From assembly GCF_001462395.1 (NCBI RefSeq), contig NZ_LNTB01000001.1, positions 1-32,000 on the forward strand: a stretch of DNA of 32,000 nt, given 5' to 3'. Below the pieces are notes generated by a model. The model worked only from the letters and a program-made list of their open reading frames with translations, made no database searches and was not told the DNA's origin. This DNA is from Pyrodictium occultum (lineage in GTDB: Archaea; Thermoproteota; Thermoprotei_A; Sulfolobales; Pyrodictiaceae). Shown here one piece after another: positions 1 to 8,131 of this stretch. Within the stretch, counting starts at the first letter, position 1, and each line of letters opens with the position of its first letter. The position numbers were made by a program, and so were the translations under genes.

Positions 1-358
1 AGCCGGGCACCAGTATGCCGGGGGACAGGTCGTTGAAGGACTTGACTATGAGGCTCTTGACCTCCCGGTTGAAGAAGGTCACGACACCCATGCCGGGCCC
101 GGCGCCCTCGACTATTGACTGCACCTCCCTGCAGACCCGCCGGCCCGAGCCCCTGCCCCTGCAGTAGTCCTCCCATATCAGCCATAGGCTTGTTATCCTC
201 GGAACACTGGCCGCGTAGAGGACCGCCAGGTCCAGTGTGCCGGGCTCCTCTAGAGCCTTGACAACCTCGGCGAACTGGCCGGCCGGGAGCCCGGCTAGCT
301 CGCGTATGAAGCCCCTGAGACGGGCTATGTACCTGCTGAGCCAGAGGCTATCCTCCAT
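1..358 (-). CDS. hypothetical protein, N-terminal part only (gene continues past the window start)
   Basis: Hand translation of the reverse strand from ATG (358..356) gives an uninterrupted 119-codon frame to the window edge (MEDSLWLSRYIARLRGFIRELAGLPAGQFAEVVKALEEPGTLDLAV...FNDLSPGILVPG). It is absent from the ORF track, presumably because it is truncated. No family recognised; 'RGRGSGRRV' is only vaguely GNAT motif-A-like. Confidence 0.4.
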   Translation of the reverse strand, partial: MEDSLWLSRYIARLRGFIRELAGLPAGQFAEVVKALEEPGTLDLAVLYAASVPRITSLWLIWEDYCRGRGSGRRVCREVQSIVEGAGPGMGVVTFFNREVKSLIVKSFNDLSPGILVPG

Positions 359-534
359 ACCCGGCCCTAGACCTCCAGCAGCCCGGGGGGTGACGGGGCC
401 TACCCCGGGGGGCTCTCCAGGTGGTGCTCTGCGCCGGGGAGCGGGCCCCCGGGGGCCTCCTAGGGGAGAAGAGGGTAGGCTAGGGGGCGAGGTTATTCCA
501 ACTTCCCCTGGAGGAGGTCCTCCAGGATGCAGCG

Positions 535-1908
535 CTACTTGAGGAACTTCTCCTCGTACTGCTGTATGTAGCGTACGCTCTCCTTCACGTCCACGAAGTA
601 CTCCGCCGCCCTCCTCACGTCCTCGACGGTCACCTTTGCACGGCCCTCGCGCTCGGCGAGTATGCGGGCCGGCTCCATCAGCTGCACGGCGTAGCGCAGG
701 CTGCGCTCGGCGCCGAGCTTGGTGAGCTCCTCCAGCGCTTCCTCGGTGAGCGGCACCTCCTCCTCGTCAGCCCTTATCCTGAGTATCTCTCTTATCTCCT
801 CGGGCTTGTAGGGCCTTGTCTTTATTATTAGCAGGCGGTCCAGCAGGTCCAGCGGTATGCCGTGCGGCGACTCGATGTCCGTGCCCCTTATCTTGGTTAT
901 GCCCCTGTTAGTGGCGAGCACCAGTATCGGGGCGAGGTCGCTCTCCATAGCCCTCGTGAGGAAGCTGAAGGCCTCTATGTCGAGCATGTGGGCGTCGTCT
1001 ATGAACAGCACGCCGGGCACTAGCTCGGCGCGGCCCTCGCTTACAAGCTTCTTCACCTCCTCATCCACCCTCTGCCTCACGTCGCTGGGGATCTCGCGGG
1101 TCAGCGGCATGCCGAGGAAGCTCGCCGCCGCTGCACGCTGGGCGGCGTAGGCGACGTCGAGGTCGTGGAGGGTTAGCAGGTGCACTATCTCCTTCTCCTT
1201 CTTAACCGGGCCGCTGGGCTTCTCGACGCACTTGTATACCGATATGTCGTACTCCCTCTTCTCGCATATCCTGCCGGTCTTGTGGACCTCCCCAGTCTCC
1301 GCGTCTATCCAGATAACGTCACCGCGGCGTACGCGGAGCTGGAGGAGCTGAACGGCTATCTCCTCGCCCACGCGGAGCTTCACACTGTCATCCCTGGTCT
1401 CTAGGACTACCTCGGCCTCATGGGGGACCCTGACGTAGGGGTTGAACGGGTGCTTCACATAGCCTATGCGTATCCTGCTCACGACGCCCTCGTATACGGT
1501 GCGGCGCTCGCGGAACCTCACACCTATGGCCTTGCGCAGCGCCTGCATCATAGCCTCTGTCTTCTTCATCTCGCTGCTGTATATCTCGGAGCCGGTCATG
1601 GCTACGAACGGTGTGTCCTCCCCCAGCTCCTTAGCTATGCCGACCGCTATTGCCGTCTTACCGGTGCCGCTGGGCCCCACTATGAGCACGCCGCGGCCGG
1701 CCATCTTGCCCTCGCGTATCATCTGCACCACGATGCCGGCCGCTTCGCGGGCCTCGGCCTGGCCCACCATACCGTCGGCCATGAACTTGGCGCGGCCGTT
1801 CTCGTCTAGGCCTAGGCCTCTGATATGGCTATGCGCGCCCACCCTCCTAAACTCCTTCCTCACCGGCTTGACCTCCTTTATCGCCGCCATGGTGCTCCTC
1901 CCCATCAT
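535..1908 (-). CDS. RuvB-like AAA+ ATPase of the eukaryotic TIP49 / RuvBL1-RuvBL2 (Pontin/Reptin) family
   Basis: 457-aa ORF. It carries 'GAHSHIRGLGLDE', 'MVGQAEAREAAG', Walker A 'GPSGTGKT' and 'GSEIYSSEMKKTEAMMQALRKAIGVR'. An inserted domain follows, then Walker B 'VLFIDDAHMLDIEAFSFL'. These line up along the whole length with eukaryotic RuvBL proteins as I remember them. ATG 1908 lies about 26 nt below an A/T patch (1931..1940). ATG 1890 (MAAIKEVK...) is an alternative start. Confidence 0.92.
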   Translation of the reverse strand: MMGRSTMAAIKEVKPVRKEFRRVGAHSHIRGLGLDENGRAKFMADGMVGQAEAREAAGIVVQMIREGKMAGRGVLIVGPSGTGKTAIAVGIAKELGEDTPFVAMTGSEIYSSEMKKTEAMMQALRKAIGVRFRERRTVYEGVVSRIRIGYVKHPFNPYVRVPHEAEVVLETRDDSVKLRVGEEIAVQLLQLRVRRGDVIWIDAETGEVHKTGRICEKREYDISVYKCVEKPSGPVKKEKEIVHLLTLHDLDVAYAAQRAAAASFLGMPLTREIPSDVRQRVDEEVKKLVSEGRAELVPGVLFIDDAHMLDIEAFSFLTRAMESDLAPILVLATNRGITKIRGTDIESPHGIPLDLLDRLLIIKTRPYKPEEIREILRIRADEEEVPLTEEALEELTKLGAERSLRYAVQLMEPARILAEREGRAKVTVEDVRRAAEYFVDVKESVRYIQQYEEKFLK

Positions 1909-1975
1909 GGAGGGTCGTAGGCCGCGCTTCTACAAAAACCTTACCCTTGAACGGGCTCGGGCTGCGAAGCGCACG

Positions 1976-2000
1976 TCACCGCCCCGGGGGGCTCCCGGGG
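1976..2000 (+). repeat. copy A of intergenic C-rich motif (TCACCGCCCC + C/G-run palindrome)
   Basis: 'tcaccgccccggggggctcccgggg' in the Hel308/RuvBL spacer. It shares the 12-mer CGTCACCGCCCC with copy C at 24235..24246. A looser relative, 'ctcctcacagcccaggggg', lies at about 2017..2035. Confidence 0.5.
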
Positions 2001-2051
2001 CTCGGTCACTGGCGGTCTCCTCACAGCCCAGGGGGAGGCGGGCCCCGGGGG

Positions 2052-4286
2052 CTAGCCGAGGTAGTCGAGTATGCTCCTCTGCCTCCCCCGCCGCCTGGCC
2101 TCCTCCCCGCCGCCCCCGGGCTTCTCCCTGGCAGCCATCCTCTGGGCCTCCGCCAGAGCCCTGCGGGCCCGCTCCTCGCCGAGGCCGCGGAGCAGGGAGG
2201 CCAGCTGCTCGGGGCTGAGGCCGGCGAGGCTCCCTGGGTCGCGGTAGCCGGTGTTGTAGAGGAGGCGGGCCCTAACCCTGCCTATGCCAGGGAGCTTCAC
2301 GAGATCCACGAGCTCCTCCTGGACCCCGTGCCGCACCATTACGGCCAGCCGGTCCAGGTAGCCCGCAGCCGGGTGGCCCCTGAGCCGCGCGAGCTGCGCC
2401 ATGGAGTACACCAGCCAGCTGGCCGTCTCAACTACTGCACGCAGGTCGCCGGGGTCCACGCCGTACTTGTCCAGTATGGCGTCCTCGGGCTTCTCCAGGA
2501 CCCAGTCGAGGAGCATGTCGGCTGTGTGGAGGGCCTCCGCTGCCACCGCTATATCGGCCTCGCCCACCTCCTCGTAAGGGGTGAACCCCAGGTCCTCAAG
2601 GAGCTGCTCAGCCTCCATCTCTAGGCCGAGGTGCATGCCCCGGGGAGGCCTTACCCTGGCGGCGTCGGGGTTCCATAGGGCTAAGAATAGGAGCCGCTCG
2701 ATGGGAGGCTTCTCCTCCCGGAGAGCGTCGAGGCCGCGGAGCATCCGGTAGCCGGTGAGAGGGTCTATGTACAGCTCGGAGACCCTGCGCCCGGTGTCGG
2801 TCGCCTCCAGCACGTCGCCGACGCGCTCCAGGAACCCATACTCGTCGAGGAGCCAGGCCACCCTGTCTATCTCCTCCCGGGGCGGCCCGGCCTGGACTGC
2901 GTAGAGGGTGCGCCTGAAGATACCGGCCACCTCCTGGACTGTGGCCGTCCCGAGGCTCGAGACCACGGCGAGCACCTGGCTCCTCAAAGCGGCCTCGGAG
3001 ACCAGCTTGGACACTATGGGCTCGGGCTCGCCCCTCACATAGCTCTCCATGGCCTCCCAGGCCTGCTCGCCCGACCTGGCAATAATCACAGCCTCGCCAA
3101 CCGCGTCGAGACCCGGCCTGCCGGCGCGGCCGGCCAGCTGCTTGTACTCCGACACCTTGATCGGCTCGGAGCCCCGCCCAGGCTTGAACCTGTAGAGGCT
3201 GTCCACGACCACGCGGCGGGCCGGGAGGTTGACGCCCGCGGCGAGAGTAGGGGTCGCGACTAGGACGCGGAGGACGCGGGCCCGGAAGGCCTTCTCCACC
3301 ACGTCCCTCTGGTAGCTCGCCAGCCCCGCGTGGTGGAATGCAACCCCGCTGGACATGAGCCGGGCGAGCCTGTCGTTAAGCTCCCTGTGCTCCCCGTGGC
3401 TCCTCAGCAGCTCTATGTAGGGCTCAACGCCACCCGGGTCGAGGAGGCTTCTAACCTCCCTGCTGCCCGCTGCCGCCCCTACGAGCCTCTCCGCCAGCTC
3501 CACAGCCTTCCTCCTGGAGTTCACGAACACGAGGGCCTGGCCTCCAGAGGCCACGGCGTCCAGGGCTGCATCGAGGGTTGGGTTCCTGACGAGCCTCTCC
3601 ACCCGGGTCTCGCCGCCGTCCCCCCACACTATAGTGTAGCCGCTCATCACGCCCTCCCTTAGCCTCACGGGCCTCCAGCCGCTCTCGACTAGGCCGGCGC
3701 CGAGCCAGGCCGCCATCTCGCCCGCGTTGCTTATCGTGGCGCTGAGCGCGACTACCTGCATGCCCTGGTTCATCGACATGAGCCGGGCTATGACCGTCTC
3801 CAGGACGGGGCCGCGGCGGAGGTCCCCGACGTAGTGGATCTCATCCACCACCAGCACGCAAACCTCGCGTAGCCAGCCGGCGCCGTGCCGCAGCAGGGAG
3901 TCGAGCTTCTCGTAGGTAACCATGACCGCGTCGGCCTCGCCGAGCCAGGGCTCCACCCTGTCATAGTCCCCCGTCGACACGGCGACTCGGCGGCCCAGCT
4001 CGCCGAGGATGCTCCTCCACTCCTCCGCCCTCTCGTAGACCAGGCTCCTGAGAGGGGCAGCATATACAACCCGGCAGCCCCTATGCGGCCCCGAGAGCAC
4101 GCGTAGAGCCGCGAGAAGCGCCACCAGGCTCTTCCCAGACCCGGTGGGCGACGCCACTACCAGGTTCCTGCCCTCGAGGAGGCCGGCCCTCACAGCCTCC
4201 TCCTGCGGGGGGAAGAGCTCCCTGTACCCCTGCGCGAGGAGTACACGCTTAGCCTCCTGGGGTAGGTCCAGCTCCTCAACACGCAT
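2052..4286 (-). CDS. hel308: Ski2-like DNA helicase Hel308/Hjm
   Basis: The ORF runs 2052..4319 (GTG at 4319). I prefer ATG 4286 because 'MRVEELDLPQEAKRVL...FPPQEEAV' is the usual Hel308 N-terminus. Motifs present: 'SPTGSGKS' (Walker A), 'VVDEIH' (DExH), 'SATISN', 'AFHHAGL', 'VLVATPTLAAGVNLPA', 'QLAGRAGRPG', plus a C-terminal ratchet/HhH-like region. Confidence 0.92.
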   Translation of the reverse strand: MRVEELDLPQEAKRVLLAQGYRELFPPQEEAVRAGLLEGRNLVVASPTGSGKSLVALLAALRVLSGPHRGCRVVYAAPLRSLVYERAEEWRSILGELGRRVAVSTGDYDRVEPWLGEADAVMVTYEKLDSLLRHGAGWLREVCVLVVDEIHYVGDLRRGPVLETVIARLMSMNQGMQVVALSATISNAGEMAAWLGAGLVESGWRPVRLREGVMSGYTIVWGDGGETRVERLVRNPTLDAALDAVASGGQALVFVNSRRKAVELAERLVGAAAGSREVRSLLDPGGVEPYIELLRSHGEHRELNDRLARLMSSGVAFHHAGLASYQRDVVEKAFRARVLRVLVATPTLAAGVNLPARRVVVDSLYRFKPGRGSEPIKVSEYKQLAGRAGRPGLDAVGEAVIIARSGEQAWEAMESYVRGEPEPIVSKLVSEAALRSQVLAVVSSLGTATVQEVAGIFRRTLYAVQAGPPREEIDRVAWLLDEYGFLERVGDVLEATDTGRRVSELYIDPLTGYRMLRGLDALREEKPPIERLLFLALWNPDAARVRPPRGMHLGLEMEAEQLLEDLGFTPYEEVGEADIAVAAEALHTADMLLDWVLEKPEDAILDKYGVDPGDLRAVVETASWLVYSMAQLARLRGHPAAGYLDRLAVMVRHGVQEELVDLVKLPGIGRVRARLLYNTGYRDPGSLAGLSPEQLASLLRGLGEERARRALAEAQRMAAREKPGGGGEEARRRGRQRSILDYLG
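2058..2081 (-). other. C-terminal PIP-box-like peptide 'QRSILDYL' of Hel308
   Basis: The last nine residues are QRSILDYLG. Q-x-x-I-x-x-Y-L fits the canonical PCNA-interacting peptide consensus Qxx[ILM]xx[FY][FYLW] and sits at the extreme C-terminus after a Gly/Arg-rich linker (GGGGEEARRRGR). Codons were checked by hand. Confidence 0.6.
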
Positions 4287-4352
4287 CCAGCTAGCCACGC
4301 TCCCTGCAGCGCCTTGCACCGCCGGAGGGCTGCTCAGCCGCCGCTGAAGTCC

Positions 4353-4376
4353 TCACCGCCCCCCGCCCCTAGGGGC
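4353..4376 (+). repeat. copy B of intergenic C-rich motif (TCACCGCCCC + GCCCCTAGGGGC palindrome)
   Basis: 'tcaccgccccccgcccctaggggc' in the spacer between 4477..5892 and hel308. The 12-bp perfect palindrome GCCCCTAGGGGC is at 4365..4376. It shares the 13-mer TCCTCACCGCCCC (4350..4362) with copy D. Confidence 0.5.
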
Positions 4377-4476
4377 TCCGCGCCCACGAGGGGCTGGCAA
4401 CAGGGGTTCTCAGCACCGCAGCCCGGCCAGAGAGGCCCCCTGGGGACCCTTTAACACGGCCTCCCGGGCGGGCTCT

Positions 4477-5892
4477 CTAGCCGCAGCCGGCGAGCCCGGC
4501 CTCCAGGCTGCACCCGTCCCCCTCCCCTACAGGCGCCGGGCCGCGCCTCAGCCTTGATGCGATGAACCTCCGGTAGATCGGGCTGCGGAGGAGCCTGAAG
4601 TGGAGCCCCGGCGTCGAGGTGAGCACGTAGACCTCCCAGCTGCGGAGGGCCGGGCACATGTAGCAGCCTATCCTGTAGAACCCGTGCTCGTACATGGGGT
4701 TGAGCGGGAGCCCCTGGGAGAGTATGTAGAGCTGCACGTGGACGCCACCCCAGAGCTTGAGGGGCGCGGCGGCCATGATGCCCTCTGCAGGGCCCGGGCG
4801 GACGGGGGGCCGGGCGCTGCGTCTCGGCGACTCCGCGTCCCGGTCGCCTATGAGCAGGAGGGTCCTTCCCCGGGCCAGCTTCCTCACAGCCCTCTCTACA
4901 GCCTCCACCTTGAGGCCCGTGCACCAGCGGCTACTGTGGCTCGGCATCGGCGCAGCCCCCTTGAGAAGGGCCTTGTCGATGCCGGCGTACGCCCGCACAT
5001 AGTCTATCCCAAGCTTGTCAGCCACCTGCTCCACGTACTCCACTGAGAGGGGGAACTCCGTGCCGGTGTCCCCGTAGACCACGCGCACCCTGTCGCGCCC
5101 GTAGATCTTGAGGGCGAGCAGCAGCGTGGCCGTGCTGTCCTTGCCCCCACTCCAGGGCACAATCACGGTGTCGAACTCGCCCAGGCCCTCCAGGAACCTG
5201 GCCGAGGCCCGCTCGTAGAGCCCCAGCACCCCGCGGTTGGCCTCAACCATGCGGGGGAGGTCCACGTCCACGGGCTCGGAGCCCTCGAGCAGCCTAGCCC
5301 GGGGCGCCGGCCCCTCATCCACAATGTCCAGCTCGGCGCGGGGCCGGGCCCCGTTGTAGACCAGGTGGAGGCTCCCCGAGGCCCTCACGACCAGCGGGTT
5401 CCTACCCACCCTGCCCCCGGCCAGCCTGGAGAGTATCTCGGAGAACCTGCCAACGCCTATGAAGGCCTCGAGGCTCGGCTTGGGCTCGAGGCCTTCCAGG
5501 GGCTGGCCGGGGGCCCGCGGGCCGAGGAGGAACACCCTCCTCGAGGGGTCCCAGGAGGCTGAGACGCGTATCATCGAGCGCGCCCGGGCCACCTCGGCGT
5601 AGAGCAGCTCTAGTCTAGCGTTGCGCACCCTGCGGCGGGGCACCATGTGCATCACGACGTTTCTAGGCGCCTCCTCCCTCACCAGCCTGGCTGCCTCCGC
5701 GTCCTCCCTGCCGAGGAGGAGTATGTAGAAGCGGTCGGGCTCGACTATGCCGGAGAGCTCGGCTAGCATGGCCTCACCGCCGCGGGCGCCGTGGAGCGTC
5801 CTTACCTCAACCCCCCAGCCGGGGTAGAAGCGGTCGAGCATAGCCTTTACAGCGTCAGCGTCCCTTTTACTCCTAACTATGATCGTGAACAT
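4477..5892 (-). CDS. PAPS reductase / DndC-type PP-loop ATP pyrophosphatase family protein with a long unassigned N-terminal region
   Basis: 471-aa ORF. The C-terminal ~235 aa carry 'WSGGKDST' (PP-loop), 'DTGTEFP', 'RWCTGLKV', 'IGDRDAESPRR' and 'NPMYEHGFYRIGCYMCP'. This is the motif set of the phosphoadenosine-phosphosulfate reductase family (from memory). The N-terminal ~235 aa have no recognisable domain. Confidence 0.8.
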   Translation of the reverse strand: MFTIIVRSKRDADAVKAMLDRFYPGWGVEVRTLHGARGGEAMLAELSGIVEPDRFYILLLGREDAEAARLVREEAPRNVVMHMVPRRRVRNARLELLYAEVARARSMIRVSASWDPSRRVFLLGPRAPGQPLEGLEPKPSLEAFIGVGRFSEILSRLAGGRVGRNPLVVRASGSLHLVYNGARPRAELDIVDEGPAPRARLLEGSEPVDVDLPRMVEANRGVLGLYERASARFLEGLGEFDTVIVPWSGGKDSTATLLLALKIYGRDRVRVVYGDTGTEFPLSVEYVEQVADKLGIDYVRAYAGIDKALLKGAAPMPSHSSRWCTGLKVEAVERAVRKLARGRTLLLIGDRDAESPRRSARPPVRPGPAEGIMAAAPLKLWGGVHVQLYILSQGLPLNPMYEHGFYRIGCYMCPALRSWEVYVLTSTPGLHFRLLRSPIYRRFIASRLRRGPAPVGEGDGCSLEAGLAGCG

Positions 5893-6041
5893 GGCGTGGA
5901 GGGCACCTTCCGCTGCCAGCCCGGAGGCTGTAGCGGGTCCGGGGCGCGCTGATATAGGCAGCTACGCTGCCACAGCAAAACATCCTCCCGGGGACCCCCG
6001 CGGGCTGATGAAGGGTTGAGCCACCGACCCGGGGCTGTGGG

Positions 6042-6077
6042 GACCGCCCCCTACAGCTCCCTGACCGCCCCCAGAGG
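6042..6077 (+). repeat. tandem degenerate copies (E) of the C-rich motif: GACCGCCCCC at 6042..6051 and 6063..6072
   Basis: 'gaccgccccctacagctccctgaccgcccccagagg' in the divergent spacer between the two PP-loop genes. The 10-mer GACCGCCCCC repeats directly with a 21-nt period. The core ACCGCCCC is shared with copies A-D. Confidence 0.45.
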
Positions 6078-6099
6078 CCCGCCAGAGAGGCGTTGAGCC

Positions 6100-7305
6100 T
6101 TGACCGAGCTGTACCCGCTGCTCCGGCGCGGCGAGCTGGCAGGCGTCCTGGGCAGCGGCGGCGAGGCCACGAAGCTGTGCAGCGTGGAGGGTGGCTGCCG
6201 CTACTACCTCTGGATCTCGAAGAGCAGTGGAGTCGACGTTACCGGGCTGCTCGACCGCCGGGGGATCCTGGAGACGGGGCAGGGCGGAGACAGGGGCTTC
6301 GCCCCGGTTAAGCCCTGGCTCCTCTCACCCCCCTACGTGCACGCCCGCGCCGTGCCCGACCTGGACGAGTACGCCCGGATGCTGGCCCGCTGGGTGGGAA
6401 GGGAGCTACGGGGGAGGAGGGTGCTCCTAGGCTTCAGCGGCGGCAAGGACTCCATGGCGGCGCTAGCGGTGCTCCTGAGGCTGCAGGAGTACATAGACTT
6501 CAAGATACATGTGATGTTCGTCCACATACCCTTCCTAGAGAGCCCTAGAAGCGTAGAGTTCGTGGAGAAGGCTGCCGCCAGGCTCGGCGTAGAGGTAGAC
6601 ATGAGGGCTGCCCCTAGGAGGGAGATGAAGAGCCTGTTGAAATGGAAGGGCATGCCCAGGAGGGGCTACCGGTTCTGCACCATGTACAAGGCGAGGCCGA
6701 TGAGGGAGGAGAGGAAGAAGGACCCGAGGCTGCTAGAGGTGGTGGGGGACCGGCTGACGGAGTCGCCTAAGAGGTTCGAGAGGCTATCCAAAGCGGCTGC
6801 CAACCGGGTGGTGCTCGCCGGGAGGAAGTTCAGACCCACCTACATGTTCACGCTGGCCGACATCGTGGAGGTTGTCAGGGGCCTCGGCCTAGTGCACCCC
6901 GACTACCTCGACGGGGTGCCCCGGGTCGCCTGCACCCTCTGCCCCTACAAGGCGCTCCACGAGTTCGAGAAGCTCCCTCCCCTCGAGGACCCCGAGCTTA
7001 TAGAGAAGGTGCTGGAGAAGACGTGGAGGCGGTGGTACAGCTGGACCAGCCTGGAGGTGTTCCGGGAGCAGCACCTGTGGCGCTTCGGCTCCGGTGAAGC
7101 GAGGCTCCTCCTCAACGCCAAGAAGGCCGTCGAGTCGGCCGAGGGCCTGGAGGAGGTCTCCTCCAGGGAGGTCGCCGAGGCTTACCGGAGGGTGTGGCTC
7201 GAGGGTGTCAAGGCGCCGGCGCTCGACGACCCGTGGAGGGCGGCGGAGCTGGCCCTGAGGGCTATGAGGGCGGGGCTCCCGGTGGCCGTGCCAGAGGACT
7301 ACTAG
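6100..7305 (+). CDS. PAPS reductase / DndC-type PP-loop ATP pyrophosphatase family protein (paralogue of 4477..5892)
   Basis: 401-aa ORF with 'FSGGKDSMA', 'RFCTMYKARP', 'VGDRLTESPKR' and 'VACTLCPY'. The ~110-aa N-terminal region is unassigned. TTG 6100 is the longest start and internal starts cannot be excluded. Confidence 0.8.
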   Translation: MTELYPLLRRGELAGVLGSGGEATKLCSVEGGCRYYLWISKSSGVDVTGLLDRRGILETGQGGDRGFAPVKPWLLSPPYVHARAVPDLDEYARMLARWVGRELRGRRVLLGFSGGKDSMAALAVLLRLQEYIDFKIHVMFVHIPFLESPRSVEFVEKAAARLGVEVDMRAAPRREMKSLLKWKGMPRRGYRFCTMYKARPMREERKKDPRLLEVVGDRLTESPKRFERLSKAAANRVVLAGRKFRPTYMFTLADIVEVVRGLGLVHPDYLDGVPRVACTLCPYKALHEFEKLPPLEDPELIEKVLEKTWRRWYSWTSLEVFREQHLWRFGSGEARLLLNAKKAVESAEGLEEVSSREVAEAYRRVWLEGVKAPALDDPWRAAELALRAMRAGLPVAVPEDY

Positions 7306-7365
7306 GGCCCCGAGCGGCCGCTACGGGGCAGCGGAGGCGCAGGTACCGGGAAGGGGTGGCTGCTG

Positions 7366-8127
7366 ATGCTTCCCCAGGCTGTCTCTCTCGAGCCGCCGCG
7401 CTGGCTGCAGCCGCTGGTGGACTACTCGCGGAGGAGGCTCGAGAGCCTGGGCTACCGCGCCCCGGGGGAGCTGGCTCCCGTCTTCGCAGCGATACCCCCG
7501 GCCCATGCGACCGGCTACGAGGAGCTCTTCGACTACGTGGTTGAAGCCTACTACGACCTAAAGGATTCTGCCGGAGAGCTGCCGCCCACCATGGAGCCGA
7601 GGTTCAAGCCCTGGCTCCACGCGCTCGAGGAGGAGGTGGAGGCGCTGGCAGCCTTCGAGGAGAGGCTGGCCGATAGCTCCACTGTCTTCCACGCGGAGCC
7701 TATACTAGCAGCCGCGGTGATGGGGCTAGGGCTTGAAGGGGCTGGGCTGGACTGCTGGCCCGGGAGGGGGCTGCGGAGGGCCCCGGGCCAGCAAACACTG
7801 CTCATGAAGAGGGATGATAGGAAGGTGCTTATAACAGTGCCCAGCTCCCTCCACGTCCTAGCCGCGGCCGGGCTCCACGCCGCGGGGGTAGACCCGCCTG
7901 GCAGCGGGGTCGCCGTCCTCCCCGACCCGGCGGCCATAAGGAGGGCTGTTATGGAGATGCGGCTCCCCCTGGAGGAGGCTGCTGGAGCGATACTGGAGAT
8001 GCTGAGGGCCCGCGCCCTGGAGGCAGCAGGCATGGACCGGGGCAGGGCCTGCGGGGCCGGGGACATGCTGGTGGTGGAGTACAGGGTGGAGGGGCCCGGG
8101 GAGATCTGGGTAAAATACCTCTGCTAG
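7366..8127 (+). CDS. hypothetical protein (orphan), probably co-transcribed with 6100..7305
   Basis: 253-aa ORF. The ATG is preceded by 'AAGGGGTGG' (7351..7359, Shine-Dalgarno-like) and lies 60 nt after the upstream stop. Composition matches the neighbours. No recognisable domain. Confidence 0.6.
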   Translation: MLPQAVSLEPPRWLQPLVDYSRRRLESLGYRAPGELAPVFAAIPPAHATGYEELFDYVVEAYYDLKDSAGELPPTMEPRFKPWLHALEEEVEALAAFEERLADSSTVFHAEPILAAAVMGLGLEGAGLDCWPGRGLRRAPGQQTLLMKRDDRKVLITVPSSLHVLAAAGLHAAGVDPPGSGVAVLPDPAAIRRAVMEMRLPLEEAAGAILEMLRARALEAAGMDRGRACGAGDMLVVEYRVEGPGEIWVKYLC

Positions 8128-8131
8128 CCCT

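Noticed and set aside
237-542. 101-aa + strand ORF (Pro/Gly/Arg-rich) between the first gene and ruvBL
   Set aside because: The low-complexity P/G/R/S composition is typical of a random open frame in GC-rich DNA. It overlaps the better-supported reverse-strand gene start and has no motif.
1466-2218. Long ORFs antisense to real genes (for example 1466..2218, 7551..8066, 13201..13857, 16341..16943, 22586..23188, 4451..4924, 10820..11239)
   Set aside because: Each lies opposite a gene with strong family motifs. They have Ser/Pro/Arg/Ala-rich, low-complexity translations. They are expected shadow ORFs in a high-G+C genome where stop codons are rare.
6005-6064. Possible C/D-box sRNA in the spacer between the PP-loop genes: CUGAUGA (6005..6011), 12-nt spacer, CCGA (6024..6027), CUGA (6061..6064)
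   Set aside because: There is no acceptable C' box. The D'-to-D distance (33 nt) is too long for the canonical 12-nt guide architecture, and the terminal stem is only 2 bp. The 'D box' is part of the repeated GACCGCCCCC motif. Worth an Infernal/snoscan check, but not supported by eye.
4477-7305. Annotating the two PP-loop genes as assimilatory PAPS/APS reductase (cysH)
   Set aside because: They lack the C-terminal ECGLH-type motif and have large extra N-terminal regions. There are two divergent paralogues and no sulfate-assimilation neighbours. Only the fold-family assignment is justified.
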